DNA of 64,000 bases, from NCBI GenBank assembly GCA_030704615.1, contig CM060733.1, positions 41,602,001 through 41,666,000 on the forward strand, in the 5' to 3' direction. The position numbers and the translations under genes were made by a program. This stretch comes from Takakia lepidozioides. Its lineage: Eukaryota > Plantae > Bryophyta. Position 1 is the first letter of the stretch; every line of letters begins with the position of its first letter. The notes under the pieces were generated by a model that was not told the origin of the DNA, did not search any database, and worked only from the letters and a program-made list of their open reading frames with translations. Of this stretch, positions 53,137 through 64,000 are shown one piece after another.

Positions 53137-53428
53137 TTAATTTGTTAGATTTTATTATGTTTTAAATGAATAAATTCGATATAATATAAAAACATACATA
53201 TACATATTGGAGGGTTATTTTTAATGATGGAAAATGAGAATATACATACAGAAGGGGTACTTTTTAAAAATTGTAAATTTTTGTATATTTACAGGAGGGG
53301 GTTTTATAATTTTCAAAAAGTATGTACAGAGGGGTATAAATTATCCAAGGACCCGTATACAGGGGGTTTTTTTATTAGGCGACGAACGCACGTAATACGC
53401 ACAGTTTATAAAGAGTGCACCCCCCAGG

Positions 53429-55164
53429 CGGGGAAGCTTGCACGGTGGGCACTCATCCTTCAAGAGTATGACTTTCAGGTTGTGCATCGACCGGGTTTGG
53501 TCAATCGGGATGCAGATGGGTTGAGTCGCAATCCATGCACGAGCCAGCAGGATGATACTGGAGCTTGGTGGCATGATGAGACGGACGAGGAGATGGTGCC
53601 CGGATGGCATGCATCTGCATTTCTGTGTATCTTGGCAGCGGAAGGCCAGGTTGGACATACAACAGGGATGAGAGTGTCTGAGGACCCTGAGGCCAGCAAT
53701 GAGCAAGGTGGCGCCAAAGATATACATGAGGATTCAGCTGTGTTGGACTACCTCCGCACTGGAGACACAATAGCCACTGTGACTGCCAAGAAGAGGGATC
53801 GGATCCTACAACGAGCCAAGAGGTTCAAGTGGGAGGGGACACACCTGCTCCGAGTGTGGGAGGATGGTCGAGTGAGGACTGAGCCTCACCCAACATAGCG
53901 GGCACGGTTAGTGCGGCATGCCCATGAGGAGTTGGGGCATTTTGGGATGCGACGCATTCATAGTCTACTGCAGGGGCAGTATTGGTGGCGTGGTATGCAC
54001 ACAGAGGTGCAACAATTTGTGGCTAGGTGCATGGTGTGTGATAGGGTGCGTGCTTCATTCAACGCCCATACTCCACAATTGCACCCTCTTCCAATCATGG
54101 GATTGGGCTACAGGTGGAGTCTTGATTTCGCAGGGCCGTTGCCACTGACCATGCGCCACAACAAGTATGTGTTGGTGATGGTGGAACACTTCTCCAAGTG
54201 GATCGAGTTGGTTCCATTGCTTGATAAGGCTAGTGAGGGAGCTGCGTATGCATTCTTGGATTGTGTACTTAGCCGATTCGGTGCTGCAGCTGAGGTACTC
54301 ACGGACCAAGGGAGAGAGTTCTTGGGGGAGTTTCAGGCGTTGTGTGACAAGGCCTTGGTAGACCACCGCACCACTTCTCGGGATCATCCTGAGGCCAATG
54401 GCTTGGCAAAGAGGGTTGTTCAGACAGTAAAGAGGGGTTTGCGCAAGTATGGCTTGCAGAAGGGACACCTAGGAGATTGGGACCTTCAGTTACCTTGGTT
54501 AGCCATGGGCTACAGGTTCAGCAAACAAGCATCACTTGCCTCCTTCTCACCATACTTTCTTCTCTTTGGCCGAGAGCCGGATATGCCTGCATCTATTCGT
54601 AGAGAAGCTGCTACAGTTCTCAACCTTGACGATCCGGATATGTGGGCACGTGCATGTGATCAGCGTGCAGAGTTGTTCAAGAAAGTCATGCCCATGGCTT
54701 TCGAGAACCTTGCCATTGCACAACATCGTGATATGTTGAGGTATGCTACCATACGTGGTGGGGCCTATCGTCCTAGGGTTTGGAGATTTAACCCTGGTGA
54801 CTATGTTTATCTGCAGCAGACTGATCTTACGACCTTGGATATGACTGCAGGACGTACTATTTTGAGGATTCGAGAGGTGTTGCCCTCATGAGTCCTCATC
54901 TTGGAGGGTCGGGATGGCATGATTTGGAAGGACCATGTGCGTAATTGCACGCCATGTCACCTTCCAAATGTTGATGGAAGGGTTGACCCAAACCTGGCAG
55001 TGGTACCTGCAAGTTTGAGGTGCATGTTGTGTGGGTCTGCTAGAGGGGCAGCCACCATGCTGATGTGTGATCAATGCTCTAGAGGTTGGCATATGGGATG
55101 CTTGACTCCACCTCTTGAGATGGTTCCTGATGGGGATTGGTTATGTCCGCATTGCATTGGATAG
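53429..55164 (+). pseudogene. Element A RNase H end, integrase and PHD finger
   Basis: Resumes GKLARWALILQEYDF exactly after the TSD; HHCC, core D residues and a PHD at 55021-55160. Confidence 0.92.
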
Positions 55165-55420
55165 TGGGAGTGGATACAACCATGGAAGGCTAACAAGAAA
55201 TGCAAGGCCAAGCTACTAGGAGACCAACACACGAGATCCTGACTCAAGTTCAGAGATTGCAAGACGGCGACTAACGATGGGGTTGCTCTTGTACCCGGCC
55301 TCTTGGTCTATAGAGTTTGAGTACAATAGGGACAGTGATAGAGGACTTAGTACGGTTGTGGCTATTAGATCTTGTAGCTATCTAGAGTTAGAGGGACCTA
55401 ACCACCAGCTATTGGGCGAT

Positions 55421-55960
55421 TGTGGTATAGTTTTCTAGGATTGTGTGCTTAGATTGTGTGGTGGACAACGATGTATGTTGTGGCACGATGCTTAGGTGCA
55501 CGACAGCTGTCATGGTTTTAGTCATGGTTATCTAGAATTACCTACTTCTAGTTAACTAGGACATTTTAGATATTTATATTTATATTTTGTGTGTTGGGAC
55601 TTCATTTGGTCTCACATGCCAAGTGAGGTGTTGAGCCTCACTTGAGACATGGAGATAGGTTTTCCCCTTGTGAGTGTTGAGGAGACTCATCTTCTTGTAG
55701 TTGAGCCTCCATGAGCCTCTCCCACCTCCATAGCTCTAGGTATTGAGAGGGAGTGTGGTGAGGGCTTTGTAGGGTGGATTCCTTTAGCAAAGGTGCCCTT
55801 GGCTTGACTTAGTTTATGTGATTGAGTAGATTCATGAGTGGAGTGTTTCCATTGTGTGTTCACTTCCATTATCATTGTGGTATAGCTTTCTAGGATTGTG
55901 TGCTTAGATTGTGTGATGGACAGCGATGTATGTTGTGGCACGATGCTTAGGTGCACGACA
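55421..55960 (+). repeat. Element A 3' terminal structure Y-GC-X-T-Y
   Basis: Y at 55421-55505 and 55876-55960; X2 at 55508-55874; degenerate PPT at 55408-55419. Confidence 0.92.
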
Positions 55961-56309
55961 AAATGAACAAAATTGGAAGACATGGTGAAAGTGTCCTTCA
56001 GGGACAAATGATTTTGTTTTGTTTTGAGAGAGAAGACTCCGGTCGAAGCCGGCATAAGTAAGAGCCACTTTGCCTTGCGGCTACTGCATCTTTTCAGGCA
56101 AATCCAATTATGTATTTAAAATTCATTAAAATTTGATTTAATTCAAAATTGATTGAAGAATGAGTGTGTCGTTGGGGAAGCAAATGTTTTTTTTTGGGTT
56201 GAATCTCTGCACATGTGTTGCAAACATATTCAAGCACATGCAAGCAAAAGATGAGCTTCAACGGTCGGTCGTTCAGTTGGTCGTACCTTTTTTGTATTTT
56301 AGAAAATGC

Positions 56310-56550
56310 AAGTGACCATCATCGACGGAGGTCTCTCTTTTAAAAAAAAAAAAAAAAAAAAAGTGACCGCCAAACTAGCGGTCGCTTGATAGTTTTTATT
56401 TTTTTTAAATCAAATTTCAAAAATATTTAGCAACCACCATACTGGCGGTCGCTTGTATTTCTAATTTTATAAATATAAAGCCATATTGACGGTCGATATT
56501 TTTCTCATTTTAAAATTTTGAAGCGACCATCATATTAGCGGTCATTTGGA
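56310..56550. repeat. Cluster of gaccgcca..gcggtc palindromic repeats (TE subterminal type)
   Basis: 4-5 imperfect copies near 56313, 56365, 56433, 56480 and 56523. Confidence 0.6.
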
Positions 56551-57139
56551 TTCTATTTTTAAAAATATGAAGTGAAGATTGGAGGGCTCATTGTCAGAAT
56601 CAAATAGGGCGAATCAAAACACATGTACATTTTAGCCTATGATTAAAAATCTGCAATCATAGACATTCAAAATCCAATTATTTACTTAAAATTCATTAAA
56701 ATTTGATTTAATTCAAAATTTCGTTCTAGGATGAGTGCATCGTTGGGGAGATTTTTTTATTTTTTATTTTTTTCCAGTCAAATCATTGCACATGTGTTGC
56801 AGACATATTCAAGCACGCTAGGGTAGCCTGTGCCGTTGGCCCAAGTGTCCAGTGTCATCCCCTATGTATCCAGATGCCCCACTCTTTGGGATCTAGGGTA
56901 GCCTTTGCCATTGGCCCATGTGTAAATTGAAATCTAACCTAGTGTGCAATCTCCTATGTATCCAAGTATGTCTCCCATGTCAAGGCCCCATTAACTGTTT
57001 TCCATGAATTTATTGAATAGTAATATATCCAATGTCATCTAAGTCCAAATGCATTTTTTTTCCACAGAGCCTATGACCAGATTTGAACCGGAGACCTTTC
57101 CCTTGATACCTCTCTTGTCGAGGCTCCAACCATTGTCCA

Positions 57140-57460
57140 GAATTTATATCCGCTGTGGCACCCTTCAGCAGTCCTATGTCCCTCACGTCCACCTTCAAGA
57201 CAATGCAGTCCACCATGTAATGCCACTCGATATCTTGCGGATGCATTTCAGCTATGTACTCTGTCCAGGCAAGCATCATGTGGTTCCCGTCCCAGATGAA
57301 GAACATCTTCCCTGCCATGTGTCCGAATGTGGGATTAGTCTTCAGAGAGGCTTCAAACTCAGCATTTACAGTGTGCCAGTGGGGGCTCCAATTCTGAAGC
57401 TCTTCTGCAATGGGGCCCCTTGTGACACCTTGGTCATTCTCAATGGAGACGTAGAATGCT
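57140..57460 (-). pseudogene. ParB/Srx-like domain fragment
   Basis: FFIWDGNH(M)MLAW resembles the ParB/Srx hhDGxHR motif; embedded in TE repeats. Confidence 0.4.
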
Positions 57461-57480
57461 GCCGATCCCCGTCTGTATTC

Positions 57481-58790
57481 CGGAACAGTCCAGAACGCTG
57501 CACTTGGGCACATTTCATCCATATTTCGGCGCCAAAATTCATTGCTTCCCCAGTCCTCATCCGTCATGAGCACACTTGTCAGTCGGATATCGGAACCGTT
57601 TCGGAACAATGCAGAACGATGCACTTGGGCACATTTTATCCATATTTCGGCGCCGAAATTCATCGCTTCCCCAGTCCTCATCAGTCATGAGCACACCTGT
57701 CAGTCGGATATCGGAACCGGAATTAATTTTGGAACAGTGTAGATCGATGCCGATGGGCACATTTCATCCATATTTCTGCACCAAAATTCATTAAGAATAT
57801 CTCCGTCCGCGCGCATACGAGATGAAATCATCCATATTCCGGTGTCGAAATACATCCAGCCCGAAGAGTAAACCGGCACCATGCTACGCTTTGCTGCCAT
57901 CAGTGCCCCTCACGGTTGTTGTCCATGCCTGTTGGACTTGCCATGTTTGGACTGTTAAGCATAATTTCGGCGCCGAAATTGTACTTTATGTGCGGCAACG
58001 TCCGTACGAAAAATGACCACTTAATGGATACGGTCGGTTTCAAATGAAAACAACGACTGGAATGCAATTAATTTTCCCCTAACTTTAGAAAATATCCCCT
58101 AACGTCATTGGATAAATGGCATTTTGGAAGACATGATGATTAAATGTGTCGATTTCTCCATTTAATGCAGAATATTCGTGTTTTCTTTATCTGAATGGGT
58201 TCTTTCATCCGTTTTCGGAACCTTATATCATCCAAAAGCAAGAAGTAAGTGTCGGGTTCATTTGAGTTTCGGCGCCGAAATTCATCACTCGCAAACTAAA
58301 AATATTATTGGAGGGAAGACTTTGGATGAATTTTGGCGCCGAAATTCATCGTTGGCAAAGAAAAAAAATAATGAAGGGAGGACTTCGGATGAAATTTGGC
58401 GCCGAAATTCATCCATCGTCCTCTCTCCAAATAATTTTTTTCTTTGCAAACGATGAATTTCGGCGCCGAAATTCATCCCTACTGTTGTTTCAGGGTTACT
58501 GTCATCCGGATTTCAGCACCGAAATCCATACACGTGGTGAATCATGAATTTCATCACGAACACATTCAACCGTATTTCGGCGTCGGAATTCATCATTTAT
58601 GTGCAGAAACAATTTCATGAAGAACAGGTTTATCCGAATTTCGGCACCGAAATCCATTCGTCAGGTGCTAGCTCAGTTTCATTAGGTGAACTAATTCCGA
58701 ATTTCATCGCCGGAATTCATCCCGTCGCTTCCAAATCTGTTACATGACAGACACGTTCATCCGGATTTCGGTGCCGAAATTCATGAAAAG
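57481..58790. repeat. ~120-bp tandem repeat x3 plus dispersed tttcggcgccgaaa palindromes
   Basis: Units start at about 57481, 57602 and 57731; more than 10 ttcgg(c/t)(g/a)ccgaa copies up to 58790. Confidence 0.8.
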
Positions 58791-58949
58791 ACCTAATTTA
58801 TTGAAGCCCAAGTGGTGGTTCATCACAATTCAGGCACCCAATTTCCGATGTGAATTTGTTGTGGTCGTCCGTATTTGTCACGTACGTTACATTCCTTCAT
58901 CCATACCTGCACTGATCACCCATCCTGTTGGATACAAAATCCTCCAGAA

Positions 58950-60730
58950 AATGATTGTGGTATTATGTAGGACACACTCTTCTCATTGCAAGACTTTGCT
59001 GCGGAGCCTACCGAGAGTTGTTGTCTTCAACATGGAGTCTGGTGTTTGGGTAAACGTGTACTTCCATCCTGATTCTCTGAAAGCAAAAATACCCTGCGAC
59101 CAAGGATTTGCAGTTGTCATTGAGCAGTACTTGTGTGTGAAGTTTGGGCTCCGCCCAGGAACGGTGTTTTTGGAAGAGGAGACGAATGATGCTTATGGGA
59201 ATTTTTTGGAAAATGTCGTCATTCTGCATGCAGATTTTGGAAAGGGCAAAGAGTGGCGGCTCCCAGCTTCTGAATCCATCCGGTATAGTACACCAACAGA
59301 ACATGAGATACTTGTCATAACGCCAAATGTGTATGGCCATAGATGAGAACACATGTGTTCACACAGTCAACACAGCCTATCACAGGCAACACAGCCTATA
59401 CAGGATGCACAGGCCATAAGAGCAGTGATAGGTGGACATGGGTTAACGGCGGTGAAGTGGCCGGGAAGTAAAAAAACAGATTGGGAGTCAAACTCGGAGA
59501 ATGTGCCACGGGGACAAAAGAAGAGGGGGAAGTGTTTGAATTCAAACATGTGGCCTAAGGGGTGTAGTACTCTGCATTGCATGTATTGCAATAACAACCG
59601 CCATCACACAAGAAGACAAATAGGGCCACCGAAGTACCTACCCGGTACTTCAGCCGAAATCTATCACGAACCAATTAATGCACCAAGAGAGCAGGGGACG
59701 AAACATCTTACGCGTCCAGCAAATGGTAACCTTTGCCACATATGCAGTCATAGTGGTCATTCAAGGATGGAATGTGAACAGAATAAGGTATATAATGATT
59801 AAAAATTACCTGATGACGCAACAGCCAATCATCAACGGGAATTTTGTGCAAGGAACTCCATTCAAGAAACAAGAACAAGAAAATAAGAAGATCATGAGCG
59901 GAAGAATCTGTGTTATCCCGGATAACCAGTATCTCGACGGAAGGAGCAATCAAGGCTATAGCCTTGTAGCTATGGCGGGTATCCCGGACTACACACTAGC
60001 TCTACTTCTTACACAGTGGCGCAAGCAAGGACAAGACGAAAGTACTTTCTCTCTCACTCACTGTTTGCAAGCCCCGCAGGCTTACACACACCTACCTGTT
60101 CCATTCTGCGCTAACCACACTTTCATGTTGTATGTGTTGCAGAGTTTTTTGCAACTGTTCCAAACAAGACCCTCTTGTTTGCACAGTATGAAGCGAATTA
60201 GGGATATGGAGGATTTATGGGTGAAGAGCACACATGTACTCCAAAAGCACAAGATTGCCACTCCACAGGCAATGGAGCTTTTGAAGGATTTGCATACGGA
60301 GCCCCTAATGTGCAAGGATTGGACTTGGCACCATAAAGAATTGATGATGCAGTTCATCAAGAACTTTGATACGAACACAGGAAACACTCAGGTGAAAGGA
60401 GTGGACATACGAATCACGCCAGAGTATCTGCAGCAAGTTTTTAACTTGCCAGAAGGGCCGATGAAGGTGAACGAACACAGGGCAAATTTGCAGCTTGCTA
60501 ATCTTTTCAATGAAAAGAGCTTTTTCAAGAATAAGGGTTATACGTGCATGAAGGCAGAGTATCCAGGGCTGAGAGAAGTGGGCCAAATACTGAACGTTCT
60601 GTTTGCTATGAAAACGAACCAGATGTATTTGAGCAGATCTTTCACTGAAGCGATTTTGAATGCCTTGAAATGAGAGGATGTAGCCTGGGCAAGCATGATA
60701 TACAAATGCTTAGTGGAAGAGATGACCTTG
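58950..60730 (+). pseudogene. Transposon-associated ORF remnants (zinc knuckles; plant mobile/transposon-protein-like domain)
   Basis: CHICSHSGHSRMEC knuckle at about 59735-59775; QFIKNFD..VKGVDIRITPEYLQQVFNLP..*EDVAWASMI. Confidence 0.45.
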
Positions 60731-61654
60731 AAATGATTGGATTTTTTTTTTGAACCTTAGATGACCATACTCTGGAATAGTGTATCATTTTATCTATTTG
60801 AAAAGAGGTCACATGCCCTTTTGGGTTTTCTTGCACCTGACACCCTGCGGGAAGTCGCAATGCTCCATGCAGGGATCATCAGTATATTGCAGAATGCTTG
60901 ATACAACAAACATTTTCTTTTTCTCGAGATATGCTTGAGCAGACACAAATATATTCTCTGATAAAAGACAAATGATGATCGACAGTGTGCATTGAACAAG
61001 AGTGCATATATTAGCCAACCCATTGTTCCCATTCTTGCACCTGTGGTTCTTTACTTGGTGAAGAAAGAAAAGAAACTCACAACACGTGATTAGTAACGAA
61101 GATGTATGAAGTCTTCTTCTTGGCAATTGGATGGTCATAGCTTTCATAGCTTATGCCATATCAAACAAATTCTAATTCTACAACGTGGGTTAGATCACCA
61201 CACTCTATATGCCCCGCATCCCATAGGTCGCTGTTGGAAGCTCTATTAGCTCGAAGCTTTCCCCTTTCGAAGCTGAAGATTTGGAGGTAAATTGAAGGCA
61301 CAAGCGTATTATTAGAAATGACAAGTCAAAGGCCCAACTCTACTTTGATGCCCCGAAACGTAAGAGGGGCATTTCTTATTTGCTGGTTGCTTAGCTTGTT
61401 TGCTAGCTGCTTAGTTGATAGTTGCTCGTCTCTTTTTGATGCCTTGACCTTCTTTTCTGTTCTCCTGCAGTGACACCCCGTCCGTTCCAGCTTTTGCTTT
61501 AGCTTAAGCTTAGATTTGGTGTCTTGTTGCTGCTCCCCCCTCTTCTTCTCCCTTCCTTGCTTGGATTTTGTATGGCTCTGAGTGTTCATGAGGTTATTTT
61601 TTCCTTACTATCTAAATAAAGTTTCTAGGGCTACAATCCCCCAGTTTAAATAAA

Positions 61655-61885
61655 ATTAAAGCACAACAGCTGGTAAGTGCACAGTGTGTTGCCCCGGTGG
61701 TTCGGGGTTCAAACCCGCTGCCCTGCCTGGTGTGTGGATTGTTTGTGACCGGTTGGTCTGGTGGTGACGTTTCCTGGGTGCCTAATGGCTTATCTGAAAG
61801 GGGGTTAATTTCCCCCCCGCCTCAAAGGGCCTGAATTGTGCCAAGCAGTCGCTCGGAGGTTTCCCTTAAAAAAATAAAAATAAAA
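61655..61885 (+). mobile_element. tRNA-derived SINE
   Basis: cagctggtaagtgcac A-box region, B-box gggttcaaacc, A-rich tail at 61867-61886; similar to 13087. Confidence 0.6.
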
Positions 61886-62341
61886 ATGGTAATACATTAC
61901 ATGGCCCAAGTTTCATGCGGGATGTCTGTGAAGTTATTTGAGGTGGTAGGGAGCTAAGCTAGCCCAGGTAGATAGCCTTCTATAGTGTCTGTTTTCATGG
62001 ATGTCACATATGTCCTAAGTTAGATACTAATGGCCCTTTCCTGCGCTGGAAGTTCTGCAAGGTGAAGTGAGTGTCCCAGTTGCGTGCTAAGTTACAGAGT
62101 TGCGTGTCCGTTTGTGTAGACTGCAGACGCCTCACAAGTCAGGTGGATTCCAAGCAGCTCGCAAACAAACTTGAGGTTCATTTCATTCGTCTGGAGGACG
62201 CAAATATGAGTACCGAGCAATTTCTACGCTGCCTGTGGAGCACTGCAGAAACGTCTGGAGATTCACAGCTGTACATACGTCCTGGATCACCTTTTGCATC
62301 ATGCTAAAAGCATCGCAAGCGTCTGGGTTGCAGAGAGATAT

Positions 62342-64000
62342 ATGAGAATGGAACATGGTGGAGCTTTAGTCGCTGCTATACTCGTTCTCTTGGGGAGTTT
62401 GTTGCTTAAGGGCACGTTCGGGCAGGGAGACACTCTGAGCCGAAGCAAGGGTGAGCAGGTTGTGTGGGAGACAGCAGGAGTATTCACGGATTCCTGTACA
62501 CATGGGGAGTCTCCATATCGCCTTTCAAAGTTCCAGTCGCAGCAAGCTGCAGGGGTTTCAACGCTGCTTACGGAGGTGGCACAGATACTTGAAACTTCTT
62601 CAAAACATAGAGAAATATGGATTCACCATTCAGCTTCCGAGTTTCGAGGGGCTCCAAAGAGTGATCGGGAGGCGGCAGGAGCTTCCACGGATGATGATAT
62701 GCTTTCGAAATTCGTTTTCAGGCAGCCCAAATCCCAGCAAAGCCCATCAAAGGAAGTCCTGGAAGCCCCAGGAATTTTGTTCACACTCTCTGAGGCTGGA
62801 CTCACATACGTCAAGGAAGAATTAGTTAACCAAATACTGTCAGAGATAACGCCCCTTTACTTACCAGATATCCAGACGCGGGTGAATTCTCCCATTGGTC
62901 ACATTGACACTGAAATCACAGACATAGTTCTTTCCGGGGCGAATGTCTCCTACTCAGACATTGATTTGGGGAAGACAGGTATCACGGTGTTCGCTGAGGA
63001 TATTCGGGCCAGCTTAGGCCTCCACTGGAAGTACGAGTACTCAGCGAGCTATATTCCATTCCCTATTGGTGATGGTGGGCGGGCAGACGTTCAGGTTAGG
63101 GCCTTTTCTGTACAGTTCAAGCGTACCTACAATGAACAGGGTTTGTTTTGCTAGACTGGCACGCTCTTACCTGGTGGACTAGGATTTAACGGAAATGTTA
63201 CACAGGAGAAGTGGTTGTCTTGGAGGAAAGGGCCCTCTGACGCATTTAGATCAATACCCTGGGTCTGCAAAGTATTTGGTGACTCTATTAAACTCCATGG
63301 ATGATGCTCGATCTGGAGATGTTACCCCACGATACCGGGTGTGATTATTCCCGTTGGTGATTGTTGTGAAAGCCGAGTGCTACAGAATTGCAGAGTGATT
63401 GGTTGTGTCTTTTGTCAGTTTGGCAAAAATATCCCTACAAGACAAGGCACAGATGCTTGCCATCCGACTAAGTTACAATTGCCTCGGCCAGGCAAACTTT
63501 GCCAATATGCATTAGGAAATGGAAAAGACAGCTGCAAATTCTAACCATTGAGCAAAGGTTTAAGGGAGAGAGGGAGAGAGAGATGATCTACCCCTGGACC
63601 GTTGCCACTTATCATAGTCCCTGTGGATTCGAAACGGTTGCTGGGTTTCAACCCACCAGTGTACATGAGACTCAACTGTCCACAGGCCAACAACAATCTG
63701 ATTACAGGGAAGAAGTCTCAGCTGGTGTCTAAACAGTAGGAGGTTGATTCCAGCGCTGGGAATAAAGCCTCTAGCTGGAATGTGACAAACGCGGCTGTTT
63801 AAGTGGTTTCACTGATGGGTCACACCAACACAGAAAACGGCCAGAAGAGAGAGAGAGGATAAATTCTAAGGGGGATCGTCTGGTGGGTCCAGGTGACAGG
63901 TTTACAAGCAGGCGTGACATTCACTCTGAAAGAAGAGAATGGAACGTTGCGGTTAGCTGTGGTGGAGTGTGGAACTTACATTGATAATCTTGACATTGAA
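62342..64000 (+). CDS. BPI/LBP family lipid-binding protein, exons 1-2 (continues beyond the window)
   Basis: Signal peptide (ALVAAILVLLGSLLL). Exon 62342-63094 contains GILFTLSEAGLTYVKEELVNQIL..LPDI..WKYEYS..GDGGRADVQ. GT-AG intron, then exon 63893-64000 VTGLQAGVTFTLKEENGTLRLAVVECG. Confidence 0.88.

Larger units (their letters stand above)
32291..53428 (+). mobile_element. P-element-superfamily-like DNA transposon (about 9.3 kb excluding nested element B)
   Basis: Perfect 16-bp TIRs CCTGGGGGGTGCACTC (32291-32306 / 53413-53428) and an 8-bp TSD CGGGGAAG (32283-90, 53429-36). Removing it restores KLTGKLARW as in element B. Subterminal acag(g)aggggg repeats occur at both ends. Confidence 0.88.
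24752..55960 (+). mobile_element. Element A: Ty3/Gypsy retrotransposon encoding a C5 DNA methyltransferase and a PHD finger, with permuted (split) terminal repeats; interrupted by a P-like transposon
   Basis: TG...CA ends and a 4-bp TSD AAAT (24748-51, 55961-64). X1 24752-25112, Y1 55421-55505, GC, X2 55508-55874, Y2 55876-55960. Domain order gag-PR-DNMT-RT-RH-IN-PHD. Confidence 0.93.

Noticed and set aside
24752-55960. DIRS/PAT/Ngaro classification because of the split direct repeats
   Set aside because: No tyrosine recombinase is present. There is an aspartic protease, an HHCC/DDE integrase, TG..CA ends and a TSD.

Overview
Eukaryotic, intron-containing land-plant DNA, probably a non-seed plant (inference from its TE and gene content). 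Two host genes flank about 56 kb of nested transposons. On the left is the 5' half of an ARIA-like ARM-repeat gene (minus strand, 1-3626, 10 exons visible). On the right is the start of a BPI/LBP lipid-binding protein gene (plus strand, 62342-64000). The centrepiece is two closely related Ty3/Gypsy retrotransposons: element A (24752-55960) and element B (40304-52155). Their polyprotein is Gag(2xCCHC)-protease-C5 DNA methyltransferase (DNMT3/DRM-like)-[TAG CAACCA leaky-stop context]-RT-RNaseH-integrase-PHD. Both have the same non-canonical termini, X-internal-PPT-Y-GC-X-T-Y, with 4-bp TSDs. This is what a 2-LTR circle looks like when it is opened at an internal GACAGCTGTC palindrome rather than at the LTR ends. 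Neither has a tRNA PBS; instead each has a PBS-position sequence complementary to its own LTR, with compensatory changes between the two families (Tf1-like self-priming). A is interrupted by a P-element-like DNA transposon (32291-53428, 16-bp TIRs, 8-bp TSD), whose transposase is in turn interrupted by B. B carries an antisense, intronless squalene-hopene cyclase fragment in its leader. Also present: decayed DRM methyltransferase fragments, hAT, L1-like LINE, CACTA, Tat/Ogre-like LTR, SINE remnants and a ParB-like ORF fragment.
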